Shown here piece after piece: positions 1 to 7,909 of a DNA stretch of 64,000 nt (its first letter is position 1; every line of letters starts with the position of its first letter). The DNA comes from an uncultured Acidimicrobiales bacterium (lineage in GTDB: Bacteria; Actinomycetota; Acidimicrobiia; Acidimicrobiales; SZUA-35). The stretch is from the NCBI GenBank assembly GCA_938029215.1, contig CALHFG010000018.1, positions 49,444-113,443 on the forward strand. Reading direction: 5' to 3'. The position numbers and the translations under genes were made by a program. The notes below the pieces were generated by a model that did no database searches, was not told the origin of the DNA, and saw only the letters and a program-made list of their open reading frames with translations.

Positions 1-616
1 GGCGAGCTTGACCGATCGTTTCTGAGCTGCCTCTGCCAAGGCCGACGCTCCCCGAAAGGTACCGTCACCTCCGATACAGAAAAGTATCGAGATTTGCCGG
101 CGAACAAGATTGTCAAGCATTGCTTCGACGTCTTGATGGCCCCGGCTCGAGCCCAGCAGCGTTCCACCGTGTTCGTGGATCGCATCGACAACCTCATGGC
201 TGAGCTCTAGCGGTTCGGGTCCGATACCAGCAACTCCGGCATAGCCATAACGAAACCCCTCCACGGTCGACACCCCGTAGAGATACCGCAGCGTGAACGT
301 GATACTCCGAATGACATCGTTCAAGCCAGGGCAGAGACCGCCACATGTGACGATGCCAGCGCGAATCGAAGAAGGCTCAAACGCCAGCTGACCGCGGGGT
401 CCGGCCCTGACGAATGCAGGCGGCTCTGCTCCCGCGGCAGAGAAACGGCGCACCGACTCGAGCGATGCTTCGGCCAATACATCGGGGGCGTCGGTCGCCA
501 CGATCCCCGACTGAGAAAGCGCCGATGGGAGGAGCGCCTCAACGCCGGTCAGTCGACGCGGAATCAGATCCTCCGCCGCTGGTAGTGGGACAGAGCTCTT
601 GTCGGTTTCAGCCACT
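1..616 (-). CDS. pfkA: 6-phosphofructokinase (PfkA/PFP family), N-terminal ~205 codons; the 3' end lies beyond the left window edge
   Basis: Own minus-strand translation from GTG at 616, the first start after an in-frame TAG: VAETDKSS...SIRAGIVTCGGLCPGLNDVIRSITF...ILFCIGGDGTFRGA. The TCGG-CPGLN and GGDG motifs are PFK hallmarks. It is absent from the supplied track because the ORF is open at the edge. Confidence 0.85.
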
Positions 617-723
617 CTTCCAGTGTGGACTGCGGAACTCTATTTGGTCAGGGCCCAAAGTCAAACGAGCGCTGTGATCTAAGGCCCTAGGAAAAGCGTA
701 GTGATGAAGTCACAATCAAGACT

Positions 724-2046
724 GTGAATCCAATCCAGGGTCCCCTGCGTACGCTCTCACCGAAACGTGGCGAGCCGCTCGGCGTCTCCGACCTCGCCGA
801 TCGATTGATCGAGTGCATGCCACCGGGCGCGAATCTCGTTGTCCCAATCGCCAACGGGGAACCCGTGGCGCTGCTGGATGCCATCGAACATCGAGCCACG
901 GCATTAAAGGACGCCCGTATTCACCAGATGCATGCGCTGCGCGACCGACCGTACATCCGAGGTGAATTTCGAGGGCATCTAGAACACGTTTCATGGTTCC
1001 TGTCCGGAATTACTCGGAAGGCCTACCTGGCCGGACAGTGCGATTTTTCTCCAGCAAACTTCAGCGAAGTGCCCCAATTCATGGCCGACAAGGACCCGGT
1101 CGCCGTCCTGGCGGCAGCCAGTCCGCCGGATCGGCACGGATACTTTTCCCTGGGGTTGGGAGCAGACTACGCCGCAGCTCTCATTGGCAAGGTCCCGTTC
1201 GTGCTCGAGGTCAACCCACTGATGCCGCGAACCCACGGGGCCAATCGCCTTCACCTCCACGACGTCGCTGCGTGGTGTGAGGCGTCGAACGAACTCATCG
1301 AGGTTCCACCTCCCGAACCCTCAGATCTCGACCGCGTGATCGCAAGCCACATCGTCGATCGGATTCGGAACGGGTCCACCATTCAGCTCGGTATCGGCGG
1401 CATCCCCTCTGCGGTGGCGACATTTCTTGGTGATCACAAGAACCTGGGTGTGCACACCGAACTGCTTTCGGACTCGGTGGTGGACCTCGTGGAACGTGGG
1501 GCCGTTAACGGGTTGGCCAAGAAGACCAATCGAGGACATGTGGTCACCACGTTCGCCCTGGGCACGAAACGTCTCTACGAATTTGTGGACAACAATGATC
1601 TCGTGAAGTTCCTCCCGGTAGATGAGGTGAACGACCCCCGCAACATCGGGCAGGAAGACAACTTTGTTTCGATCAACGCAACCCTCCAAGTGGATCTCTT
1701 TGGCCAGTGCGCGTCCGAGACACTAGGAACCAGTTACTACTCCGGGAGTGGCGGGCAGGCCGACTTCGCCCGCGGGGCCCAGTACTCTGCCGGGGGGCAA
1801 GGGTTCGTGGTGTTGAGCTCCACCGCGAAGGATGGCTCGATCTCCAAGATCGTCCCCACGTTGTCGGCAGGGTCGGTCGTGACAACCCAAAAGAACACCG
1901 TCGACAAGGTGGTGACCGAATACGGGATTGCCGAACTCCAAGGCCGCACGATACGCCAGCGGGCTCGCGCCCTGATCGACATCGCCCACCCAGCCCACCG
2001 GGATGCACTGGAGGCTCAGGCGCGAACGAGCGGCATTCTGGTCTAA
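724..2046 (+). CDS. acetyl-CoA hydrolase/transferase family protein (4-hydroxybutyrate/succinyl-CoA:acetate CoA-transferase-like)
   Basis: 440-aa ORF with a GTG start. Family-typical blocks run along its length (IQLGIGGIPSAV, VHTELLSD, SGSGGQADFARGA, VVTEYGIAEL). Substrate is not assignable. Confidence 0.85.
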   Translation: MNPIQGPLRTLSPKRGEPLGVSDLADRLIECMPPGANLVVPIANGEPVALLDAIEHRATALKDARIHQMHALRDRPYIRGEFRGHLEHVSWFLSGITRKAYLAGQCDFSPANFSEVPQFMADKDPVAVLAAASPPDRHGYFSLGLGADYAAALIGKVPFVLEVNPLMPRTHGANRLHLHDVAAWCEASNELIEVPPPEPSDLDRVIASHIVDRIRNGSTIQLGIGGIPSAVATFLGDHKNLGVHTELLSDSVVDLVERGAVNGLAKKTNRGHVVTTFALGTKRLYEFVDNNDLVKFLPVDEVNDPRNIGQEDNFVSINATLQVDLFGQCASETLGTSYYSGSGGQADFARGAQYSAGGQGFVVLSSTAKDGSISKIVPTLSAGSVVTTQKNTVDKVVTEYGIAELQGRTIRQRARALIDIAHPAHRDALEAQARTSGILV

Positions 2047-2069
2047 CGCGGGCCGGTTGCTGTGACGAT

Positions 2070-2624
2070 CTATGGCCTTTGGGTCAGCCGGTCCGGTAAC
2101 GACGCAATCGCACGCTTGTAGGCCGCCGTCTTGCCGCTGGTCGACGCGATCACCATGCCACCCTCGATCGCAGCAACCGCGTCCATCGCCGCCACCTCGG
2201 CCTGTGCCTTGGTGAGGCCCGCGTCCCGGGCAATGTGGGTTAACGCTTCGGCCCACGAATCCAGACAACTTCCGGCCGTGGACCGGTTTTCTTCGTCAGA
2301 AACGCTCAGTGCCACTACCAAGCACGACTGAGTACCGCCCTTGTAGTAGTCATCAAGACCCTTGGCCACCTGGCGGGCTCGCTCGACGGGCGGGCCGTCG
2401 GCGAACGCCGGAGCTAGCGCCACGCGGTAACGTTCGATGGCCCGCTCGACAATCGCCTCAACCATCTGGTCCTTTCCCCCCGGGAAACGGTGATAGAGGC
2501 TGGCCCTGCCGAGACCAGTTGCCTTCGACAAGAGGTTGATGCTCGCTCCTGCGTACCCGTAACGGCTGAACACTTCGGCGACTGCATCGGCGAGGCTTAC
2601 GTCATCGATTGTGCGGGGAGGCAT
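2070..2624 (-). CDS. TetR family transcriptional regulator
   Basis: 184 aa. N-terminal HTH LLSKATGLGRASLYHRFPGGKDQM is typical of TetR_N. A palindromic operator candidate lies 11 nt upstream. Confidence 0.9.
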   Translation of the reverse strand: MPPRTIDDVSLADAVAEVFSRYGYAGASINLLSKATGLGRASLYHRFPGGKDQMVEAIVERAIERYRVALAPAFADGPPVERARQVAKGLDDYYKGGTQSCLVVALSVSDEENRSTAGSCLDSWAEALTHIARDAGLTKAQAEVAAMDAVAAIEGGMVIASTSGKTAAYKRAIASLPDRLTQRP

Positions 2625-2634
2625 AGAAATGAAC

Positions 2635-2655
2635 TGTACCGAACGTTCGATTACA
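2635..2655. promoter_or_regulatory. candidate TetR operator: 21-bp near-palindrome TGTACCGAACGTTCGATTACA (perfect core CGAACGTTCG at 2640-2649)
   Basis: Read directly. The 10-bp core is perfectly self-complementary with TGTA/TACA outer arms. It sits 11 nt upstream of the TetR start codon (2624). Confidence 0.45.
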
Positions 2656-2701
2656 GACCGATTTCGGCAGTGCGGACTGTGTCTCGGCTATCTGGTCTCG
2701 G

Positions 2702-3736
2702 CTATATGCGTCTCGGCTCTCTGTCCTCGAGCGTGAAGATGGTATTACGAACCTCGGCTATACAGCTGTCGATCTCGGCGACGGCCGCTGCGCCTGCATC
2801 CTGCAGCCGTTTTGGGTCTGATCCGGCCGCCTGCAGTCGAATGCCGGCAGCGAACAGCCGTTGGATCACACTGTCTTGAAGTCGCCGAGCAATCCGCTCC
2901 CGCTCTTGAGCGAGACCAAGCTGTGCCTCGCGTGCGTTGCGACGCTCCACCTCTCGTGCCATTTCGTGTTGCTGTCTCTTTCGCTCAGCGGTTCGACGGG
3001 CCAGCGCGATCAACGACCCCCGTCCGAACGCGATCCCGTCGACCCGCTCCACAAGAACCTCTACCTCCGTTCGAGGGACTCCCGGCCCATGGTGAATGGC
3101 GTCGTAGGTTACGACGGCCCGCTCCCCGCTGCGGAGTAGTTCGAGCATCTCCAACAACGGCACCGCGCCTGTCGGCTGTGAGACGTCAAGAAAGGACAGT
3201 CCCGAGGACAACTCGACCGAAGGGCGACCGATCTGTTCCTGAGCGGCACGGTTCGTATACCAAAGTCCGAACGTCTCGGAGTCGAACATGAATACCGCCT
3301 CTGCGACCGAGTCGAGCGCTAGACGAATGGAGCGGTCATCGATCTCCTTTGCCCTCCGTAGAGAGATGTCTCGAACAATGGCAAGCACCGAGAACTCCTT
3401 GCCCGTTCCGACCGGACTCAGACTGATTTCGGCTAGGAACTCAGAGCCATCGCTTCGAAGCGCAACCAGGTCGCCCGGTCGTTCGCCCATGAACGCCGCA
3501 TGCGGCTGGTCCTTGTATCGGTCGTGGTGGCCCTGATGGACAGAGCGAAGCCGCTCCGGAACAAGTGCATCCATCGTTACGTCTGCAAACGACTTCGCCG
3601 AGTAGCCGAAAAGCGACGCTGCCGCGGGGTTGGCCCAGTTGATCTTGCCTTCAGTGCCGAAGACGATCATTGCATCGGGAGCCTCAAGAAGATGGGGCAG
3701 CGTTGCGGTCGTCATGGCGTCGGAGCCGGTGAACAA
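2702..3736 (-). CDS. PAS-PAS-DHp protein: truncated HisKA_3 sensor-kinase paralogue without an ATPase (CA) domain and with Gln in place of the phospho-acceptor His
   Basis: 344 aa. PAS1 (DAMIVFG...LVPERLRSVHQGHHDRY...RSDGSEF) and PAS2 are paralogous to those of the 7910-9676 kinase. The H-box reads ERERIARRLQDSVIQRLF, with the Gln287 codon caa at 2876-2878, where the kinase has RLAEDLHDLIIQRLF. The ORF stops just after DHp helix 2, and only 77 nt remain before the next gene. Confidence 0.8.
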   Translation of the reverse strand: MFTGSDAMTTATLPHLLEAPDAMIVFGTEGKINWANPAAASLFGYSAKSFADVTMDALVPERLRSVHQGHHDRYKDQPHAAFMGERPGDLVALRSDGSEFLAEISLSPVGTGKEFSVLAIVRDISLRRAKEIDDRSIRLALDSVAEAVFMFDSETFGLWYTNRAAQEQIGRPSVELSSGLSFLDVSQPTGAVPLLEMLELLRSGERAVVTYDAIHHGPGVPRTEVEVLVERVDGIAFGRGSLIALARRTAERKRQQHEMAREVERRNAREAQLGLAQERERIARRLQDSVIQRLFAAGIRLQAAGSDPKRLQDAGAAAVAEIDSCIAEVRNTIFTLEDREPRRI

Positions 3737-3742
3737 CGTTGA

Positions 3743-4162
3743 TTAGAGGGGTCGGCCCGGGAGGACCCGACCGGTAATCGCGTCGGTCTCGATCCGAAGA
3801 AATCGGCTCTTCACGCCCGCGGCCCAGGGCTCTACCTCGAGGTCATCGGCGAACATAAGATCGTCCAGACGCTCGAGTTCGTGGGCCTGTCCTCTCACCA
3901 CGATGCTCCAACCAAACTTGCGGCGTTCGTCCACGGCGTCGACTTCGAACGCAACGTTGGGGTTAAGCACCGCGGCAGCGAGCTTCAACCCTGGTGCGGT
4001 CTGCAAGTAGATCTCCCGTTCCCACACCTTGTAGTTGACGGGAAAGATGTCCGGTGTGTTGTTGATCACGACCGCTAGGCGCCCTACCGACTTCGCTGGC
4101 AGTAGCTCCCAGCACTCCTCTTCGGTCAGAGGCTCCAGTGATGACTTGAGGAATTCGCTCAT
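3743..4162 (-). CDS. pyridoxamine 5'-phosphate oxidase (PPOX)-like split-barrel flavoprotein family protein
   Basis: 139 aa. LTEEECWELL...GRLAVV...PDIFPVNY...AFEVD...GWSVVVRG pattern typical of the Pyridox_ox_2 family. It lies 6 nt upstream of the truncated sensor on the same strand. Confidence 0.8.
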   Translation of the reverse strand: MSEFLKSSLEPLTEEECWELLPAKSVGRLAVVINNTPDIFPVNYKVWEREIYLQTAPGLKLAAAVLNPNVAFEVDAVDERRKFGWSIVVRGQAHELERLDDLMFADDLEVEPWAAGVKSRFLRIETDAITGRVLPGRPL

Positions 4163-4198
4163 ATTTCAACCTTCAACCCGTTGAGCGAGGTTCATCTA

Positions 4199-4212
4199 GG
4201 GCATTTGGTCCT
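4199..4212. promoter_or_regulatory. weak DosR-box-like site GGGCA-TTTG-GTCCT (7/10 half-site matches to GGGAC-N4-GTCCC)
   Basis: Read directly in the divergent promoter between the PPOX gene (start 4162) and the USP gene (start 4303). Confidence 0.25.
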
Positions 4213-4226
4213 GGCGTCGCGATGGA

Positions 4227-4240
4227 GAGACAAAGGTCCC
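4227..4240. promoter_or_regulatory. DosR-box-like palindrome GAGAC-AAAG-GTCCC (9/10 half-site matches)
   Basis: Read directly. It is centred about 70 nt from both divergent start codons (4162 and 4303). Confidence 0.45.
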
Positions 4241-4302
4241 TAGTCCAAAGCCCGTCACGGAGGGACGCTCAATTCAGAGAAGGACAACCAAAGGAGCCGA
4301 CC

Positions 4303-5136
4303 GTGTTCAATCGAATTCTCGTCCCCCTGGACGACACAAATACCTCACTGCGAGCCCTGAAGCCAGCGGAAGCATTCGCAAAAGCCACCGGTGCCGAGCT
4401 CGTGGTCGCGACGGTGCTGTTTGCCGAGGTAATCGATGCCAACGAGCGAGCCGAAGCGCTCAAAGACCGAGTGAAGCGGTATGGCGTCGAGCCCGATCGC
4501 GCCGAAGTCAGGGTGAGCCCAGTTTCGGTTGAGGAAGGCATCGCCGACCTCATCGACGCAGACACGTTGGTCGTGATCGGCAGCGTGGGACACCCTCACA
4601 CCCAGAAGCCATTTGGAAACGTTTCAGAACAGATCATCCATAGTCGCCGTGACGGGCTCAGTGTTGTCGTCGGCCCCAAGGTCGATGTGGACAACTACAC
4701 CTTGGCCGGGCCGGTATTCGCCGCCATCGACCCGGCCGCGCCTTCGGATGAGTTGCTCGCCGCATTTACACGAATTTCCCAGGAACTTGGGATGGCTCCA
4801 TGGCTTGTCTCGGTGGTCCAGGAGATCAAGGTTCCCGCGGGCATCGGCGGTCTCCCCGGCTATGACGTGCCACTCGAAACCAATCAACTCAGGCAGTTAG
4901 CTCACCGAGTGGAGGCCCGAGGGACCGGCACCGTGAACTACGAGGTGCTTCATCACGCCAATGCGGCAAAGGAGGTCAACCGCTTCGCAAAGGACTGGAA
5001 CGCGTCACTCATCGCAGTTGCGACCCGGGAACGCGGCGGCCTCAGCCGACTCGTGTTCGGCAGCGTGGCAATTGACATCATCCGCAAGTCGGCGGCACCG
5101 GTGCTCGCCGTACACACAGACAGGACAAAGAAATGA
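4303..5136 (+). CDS. tandem universal stress protein (2 USP domains)
   Basis: Track ORF 4222-5136 trimmed to GTG 4303, which is preceded by AAGGAG (4291-4296). It begins VFNRILVPLDD..., and both halves carry the USP pattern (...VVIGSVGH..., ...LIAVATRERGGLSRLVFGSVAIDIIRKSAAPVLAV). Confidence 0.85.
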   Translation: MFNRILVPLDDTNTSLRALKPAEAFAKATGAELVVATVLFAEVIDANERAEALKDRVKRYGVEPDRAEVRVSPVSVEEGIADLIDADTLVVIGSVGHPHTQKPFGNVSEQIIHSRRDGLSVVVGPKVDVDNYTLAGPVFAAIDPAAPSDELLAAFTRISQELGMAPWLVSVVQEIKVPAGIGGLPGYDVPLETNQLRQLAHRVEARGTGTVNYEVLHHANAAKEVNRFAKDWNASLIAVATRERGGLSRLVFGSVAIDIIRKSAAPVLAVHTDRTKK

Positions 5137-5603
5137 ACAGAAAGATCGTCGTAGCAGTCGATGACTCGACCCGAGCCAACGCCGTGCTGTCGTGGGCTTT
5201 GGATCACGCCAACCCGACCGATGAAGTTGTCGCTCTCGCGGTTTGGAACCTCGGTTTGGCCGGAGGCTTCGAGAATCCGTTCTCAAGTCTCAATGAAGCC
5301 CAAATCAAGGCCACGACCCGAGTGAACAGCCTGATCGAGCGGGCGACACGAGGCCGATGGGCTGATGGCGAACCCAGTGTGTCAGTTCACGCCGACGTGC
5401 GGCACGGCGACACGGCTACCGAACTCGTGGACGCGTCGGACGGGGCAGACCTCCTGGTGCTTGGGAACTGCCACTACAACAGGCCGGGTCAGTTGGGTTC
5501 GGTTGCCAAAGCGACGCTCTATGGCGCCAAGTGCGCCGTCGTCCTGGTGCCCGTACAGGTGGATGCTGACGCCGAGACTGGCACGATGACGGCGACCATC
5601 TGA
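5133..5603 (+). CDS. universal stress protein
   Basis: 156 aa. KIVVAVDDS...LLVLGNCHYNRPGQLGSVAKATLYGAKCAVVLV. ATGA overlap with the upstream USP gene. Confidence 0.85.
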   Translation: MNRKIVVAVDDSTRANAVLSWALDHANPTDEVVALAVWNLGLAGGFENPFSSLNEAQIKATTRVNSLIERATRGRWADGEPSVSVHADVRHGDTATELVDASDGADLLVLGNCHYNRPGQLGSVAKATLYGAKCAVVLVPVQVDADAETGTMTATI

Positions 5604-5623
5604 CCCCTATATCCACCGGCCAT

Positions 5624-7303
5624 CTACGGGCTACGCCTCGACAGATGCTCTCGATAGTGGGCAACGGCGGCATTGATCGTTGGGTGAATTGATTGCCGAC
5701 CCAGGCGGTCGATCATGCCGCTGCGACTCAGCACGTCGAGTACATCTGGGTTGGGTCGGGCAAAGGCGATGGTGACGCCCCGATCGGTGAGCGTCTCATG
5801 AAGTTCGAGAAGGTGATCCGCTGCGGTCGCATCGATGGAACCCACCCCCTCCATGTCGAGGATCATGTGGTGCTCCTCGCCCGGCTGGTGTTCGGCGAGA
5901 TCGAACAGGGTCGACCGGTAATGCTCCGCGTTGGCGAAGAACAGTGGGGCATCGAACCGGTAGACCAATAGGCCTACCTCGGGCGACGCTCGAGGGTCGG
6001 TCTTGTCGATCCAGCCGGCCAAACCCTCTGCTGCGCCGAGGGCTGCATGGGCAGGGCGAGCAATCCGTGCCATCGCCATCAAAATCGCCAACGCCACTGC
6101 AATCAGGACTCCAAGCAACAGGTCGGTCGTGATCACGGCAAGGCACGTCACCCCCGCCAGCGCAGCTTCCTGACCGTTGATTGCCACGAGGTCACGAAAT
6201 CCGCGGAGGTCGATGACGGCAACGGCAGCGGCGACAATCACCGCCGCCAGTGCTGGCCGGGGAATCTCGGCAAGAACCGACGTCCCCACCAAGAGGAACA
6301 CCACGACGGTTACGAACGTCACGATGCTGGACATCTGTGACCGGCTCCCGATGGTCGCCGGCACGATCGATCGGGACGCGCTGGATGACATCGGGAAGCC
6401 GCCCGTGAAGGCAGCCGCAAGATTGATGGCTCCGAGCGAACCGAGTTCTCGGTTTGCGTCGATGGCGTAGCGCTTCTTGGACGCGATAGCCCGAGCCGTC
6501 AAGACGTTGTCGGTAAAGCCGATCAGGGTCAGTCCGAACGCGGCGGGAACCAACGACCGGACGTCCTCCGCACTTACTCCAGGCATCGAAAACGATGGCA
6601 GGGCGGCGTCGATCTCTCCAACAAGAGCAACATCGAGATCGAGCAGTCGAACGGCGACCACGGCAACGGACAGCGCTATCAGCGCCCCGGGCAGCGCGGG
6701 CCGAAGTCGCCGTAGCCCCAAGATGATCGCTAAAGCTGCGATGCCAAGGCTGGTAGACGTCGGATCGATCTCTCCGAGCTGCGTCACGAACTGCCAAGAT
6801 CGCGGAAAAAAGCTGTCAGCGGTGATGCCGACACCGGTGAAACTTCGCAGCTGGCTGCTGAGGAGCGTGAGACCAACACCGCTGATGTAGCCGACAAGGA
6901 CCGGTTTCGAAAGTAGATCGGCGACGAACCCCAACCGCAAAACGCCGCCTACCGCCGCGAGCAGCCCCACCATTCCCGCCAGCAAAGCCATGAGCTCGAG
7001 ATAGCGCTGAGGGTCCCCGTCGGCCAATGGAGCGATCGAAAGCGCTGCCAAGACCGCGGTCCCCGGCTCTGGGCCGACCCCGAGATGGCGACTGGTGCCA
7101 ACGAGGGCATACACCGGCAGGGCAACGAGCGCGGCTCGGAACCCGGCCGACGGCGGCAAGCCGCCCAATTCGGCGTACGCCATCGCCTGTGGAACCAACA
7201 TTGCCGCCACGGTGAGTCCCGCAAGTACATCGGGCTTGCACCAATGGGCGCGGTAGGTACGGGACCGTAGATCTTGGGGAAGTGAGGACGCTGGAGTGGA
7301 CAC
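5624..7303 (-). CDS. SulP family inorganic anion transporter with C-terminal STAS domain
   Basis: 559 aa. Multi-pass membrane core (AGLTVAAMLVPQAMAYAELGGLPP...) followed by STAS (LVYRFDAPLFFANAEHY...VLDVLSRSG). Confidence 0.9.
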   Translation of the reverse strand: MSTPASSLPQDLRSRTYRAHWCKPDVLAGLTVAAMLVPQAMAYAELGGLPPSAGFRAALVALPVYALVGTSRHLGVGPEPGTAVLAALSIAPLADGDPQRYLELMALLAGMVGLLAAVGGVLRLGFVADLLSKPVLVGYISGVGLTLLSSQLRSFTGVGITADSFFPRSWQFVTQLGEIDPTSTSLGIAALAIILGLRRLRPALPGALIALSVAVVAVRLLDLDVALVGEIDAALPSFSMPGVSAEDVRSLVPAAFGLTLIGFTDNVLTARAIASKKRYAIDANRELGSLGAINLAAAFTGGFPMSSSASRSIVPATIGSRSQMSSIVTFVTVVVFLLVGTSVLAEIPRPALAAVIVAAAVAVIDLRGFRDLVAINGQEAALAGVTCLAVITTDLLLGVLIAVALAILMAMARIARPAHAALGAAEGLAGWIDKTDPRASPEVGLLVYRFDAPLFFANAEHYRSTLFDLAEHQPGEEHHMILDMEGVGSIDATAADHLLELHETLTDRGVTIAFARPNPDVLDVLSRSGMIDRLGRQSIHPTINAAVAHYREHLSRRSP

Positions 7304-7322
7304 CTAGCTTGAACTGTACGTG

Positions 7323-7751
7323 CTAGGTGATTCGCCGTCCGGTGATCTTGGCGGGCACGATGCGTACCCAGCGATTCTGACCCGGATCCTCTGCCCACGG
7401 CCGGAGCCCAAGGTTCTCCGCCGTCTCGAAACCGGCGTGATCTTCGATTTCCTCGGCTTGCCCCACGACGAGAACGCTCCAGCCGGTGCGACTATCACGG
7501 TCCCACCGATCTACTTCGAACGCAATGTTCTGGTCAGAGGCGACGGCGTGGAGTTTGCGCCCTGCCGAGGTGCGGAACACGATCGTGTCGTCGACGAATC
7601 GATAGTTCACCGGCAAAATATGCTGTTCTCCAGCAAAGCTGAACCCAATTCTTCCTACCGGGGTACGTAAAAGAAGTGACTTGCACTCGCTTACTGTTAG
7701 CTCGCCCAGAGCGGTCGGTCCCGAAGTAGTGGGGGTGGCGGGTACAGCCAT
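7323..7751 (-). CDS. PPOX-like split-barrel flavoprotein family protein
   Basis: Track ORF 7323-7799 trimmed to ATG 7751, which is preceded by AAGGAG. It is a paralogue of 3743-4162 (LTVSECKSLL...GRIGF...HILPVNY...AFEVD...GWSVLVVG). It lies 19 nt upstream of the SulP gene on the same strand. Confidence 0.8.
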   Translation of the reverse strand: MAVPATPTTSGPTALGELTVSECKSLLLRTPVGRIGFSFAGEQHILPVNYRFVDDTIVFRTSAGRKLHAVASDQNIAFEVDRWDRDSRTGWSVLVVGQAEEIEDHAGFETAENLGLRPWAEDPGQNRWVRIVPAKITGRRIT

Positions 7752-7826
7752 GCTGAACTCCTTTGGTTCGCGGGAGAGGCTCTTTCTCCCTAGATCCATC
7801 CTGTTCTGTTCGTTTGTCTCGTTCTA

Positions 7827-7840
7827 GGGTCCTTAGTCCT
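7827..7840. promoter_or_regulatory. DosR-box-like site GGGTC-CTTA-GTCCT (8/10 half-site matches)
   Basis: Read directly in the divergent promoter between the PPOX gene (start 7751) and the sensor kinase (start 7910). Confidence 0.35.
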
Positions 7841-7909
7841 CTGAGCTCGCTGTGCAGTCAAAGAGCTAGCATGTGGCCCTGAACTTGGCGACCGTGCGGA
7901 GGACTGACC

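Noticed and set aside
651-664. GGGCCCAAAGTCAA between pfk and the CoA-transferase gene, resembling the DosR-like boxes
   Set aside because: Only 7/10 half-site matches with a degenerate right half. It lies outside the island. It is too weak to call without statistics.
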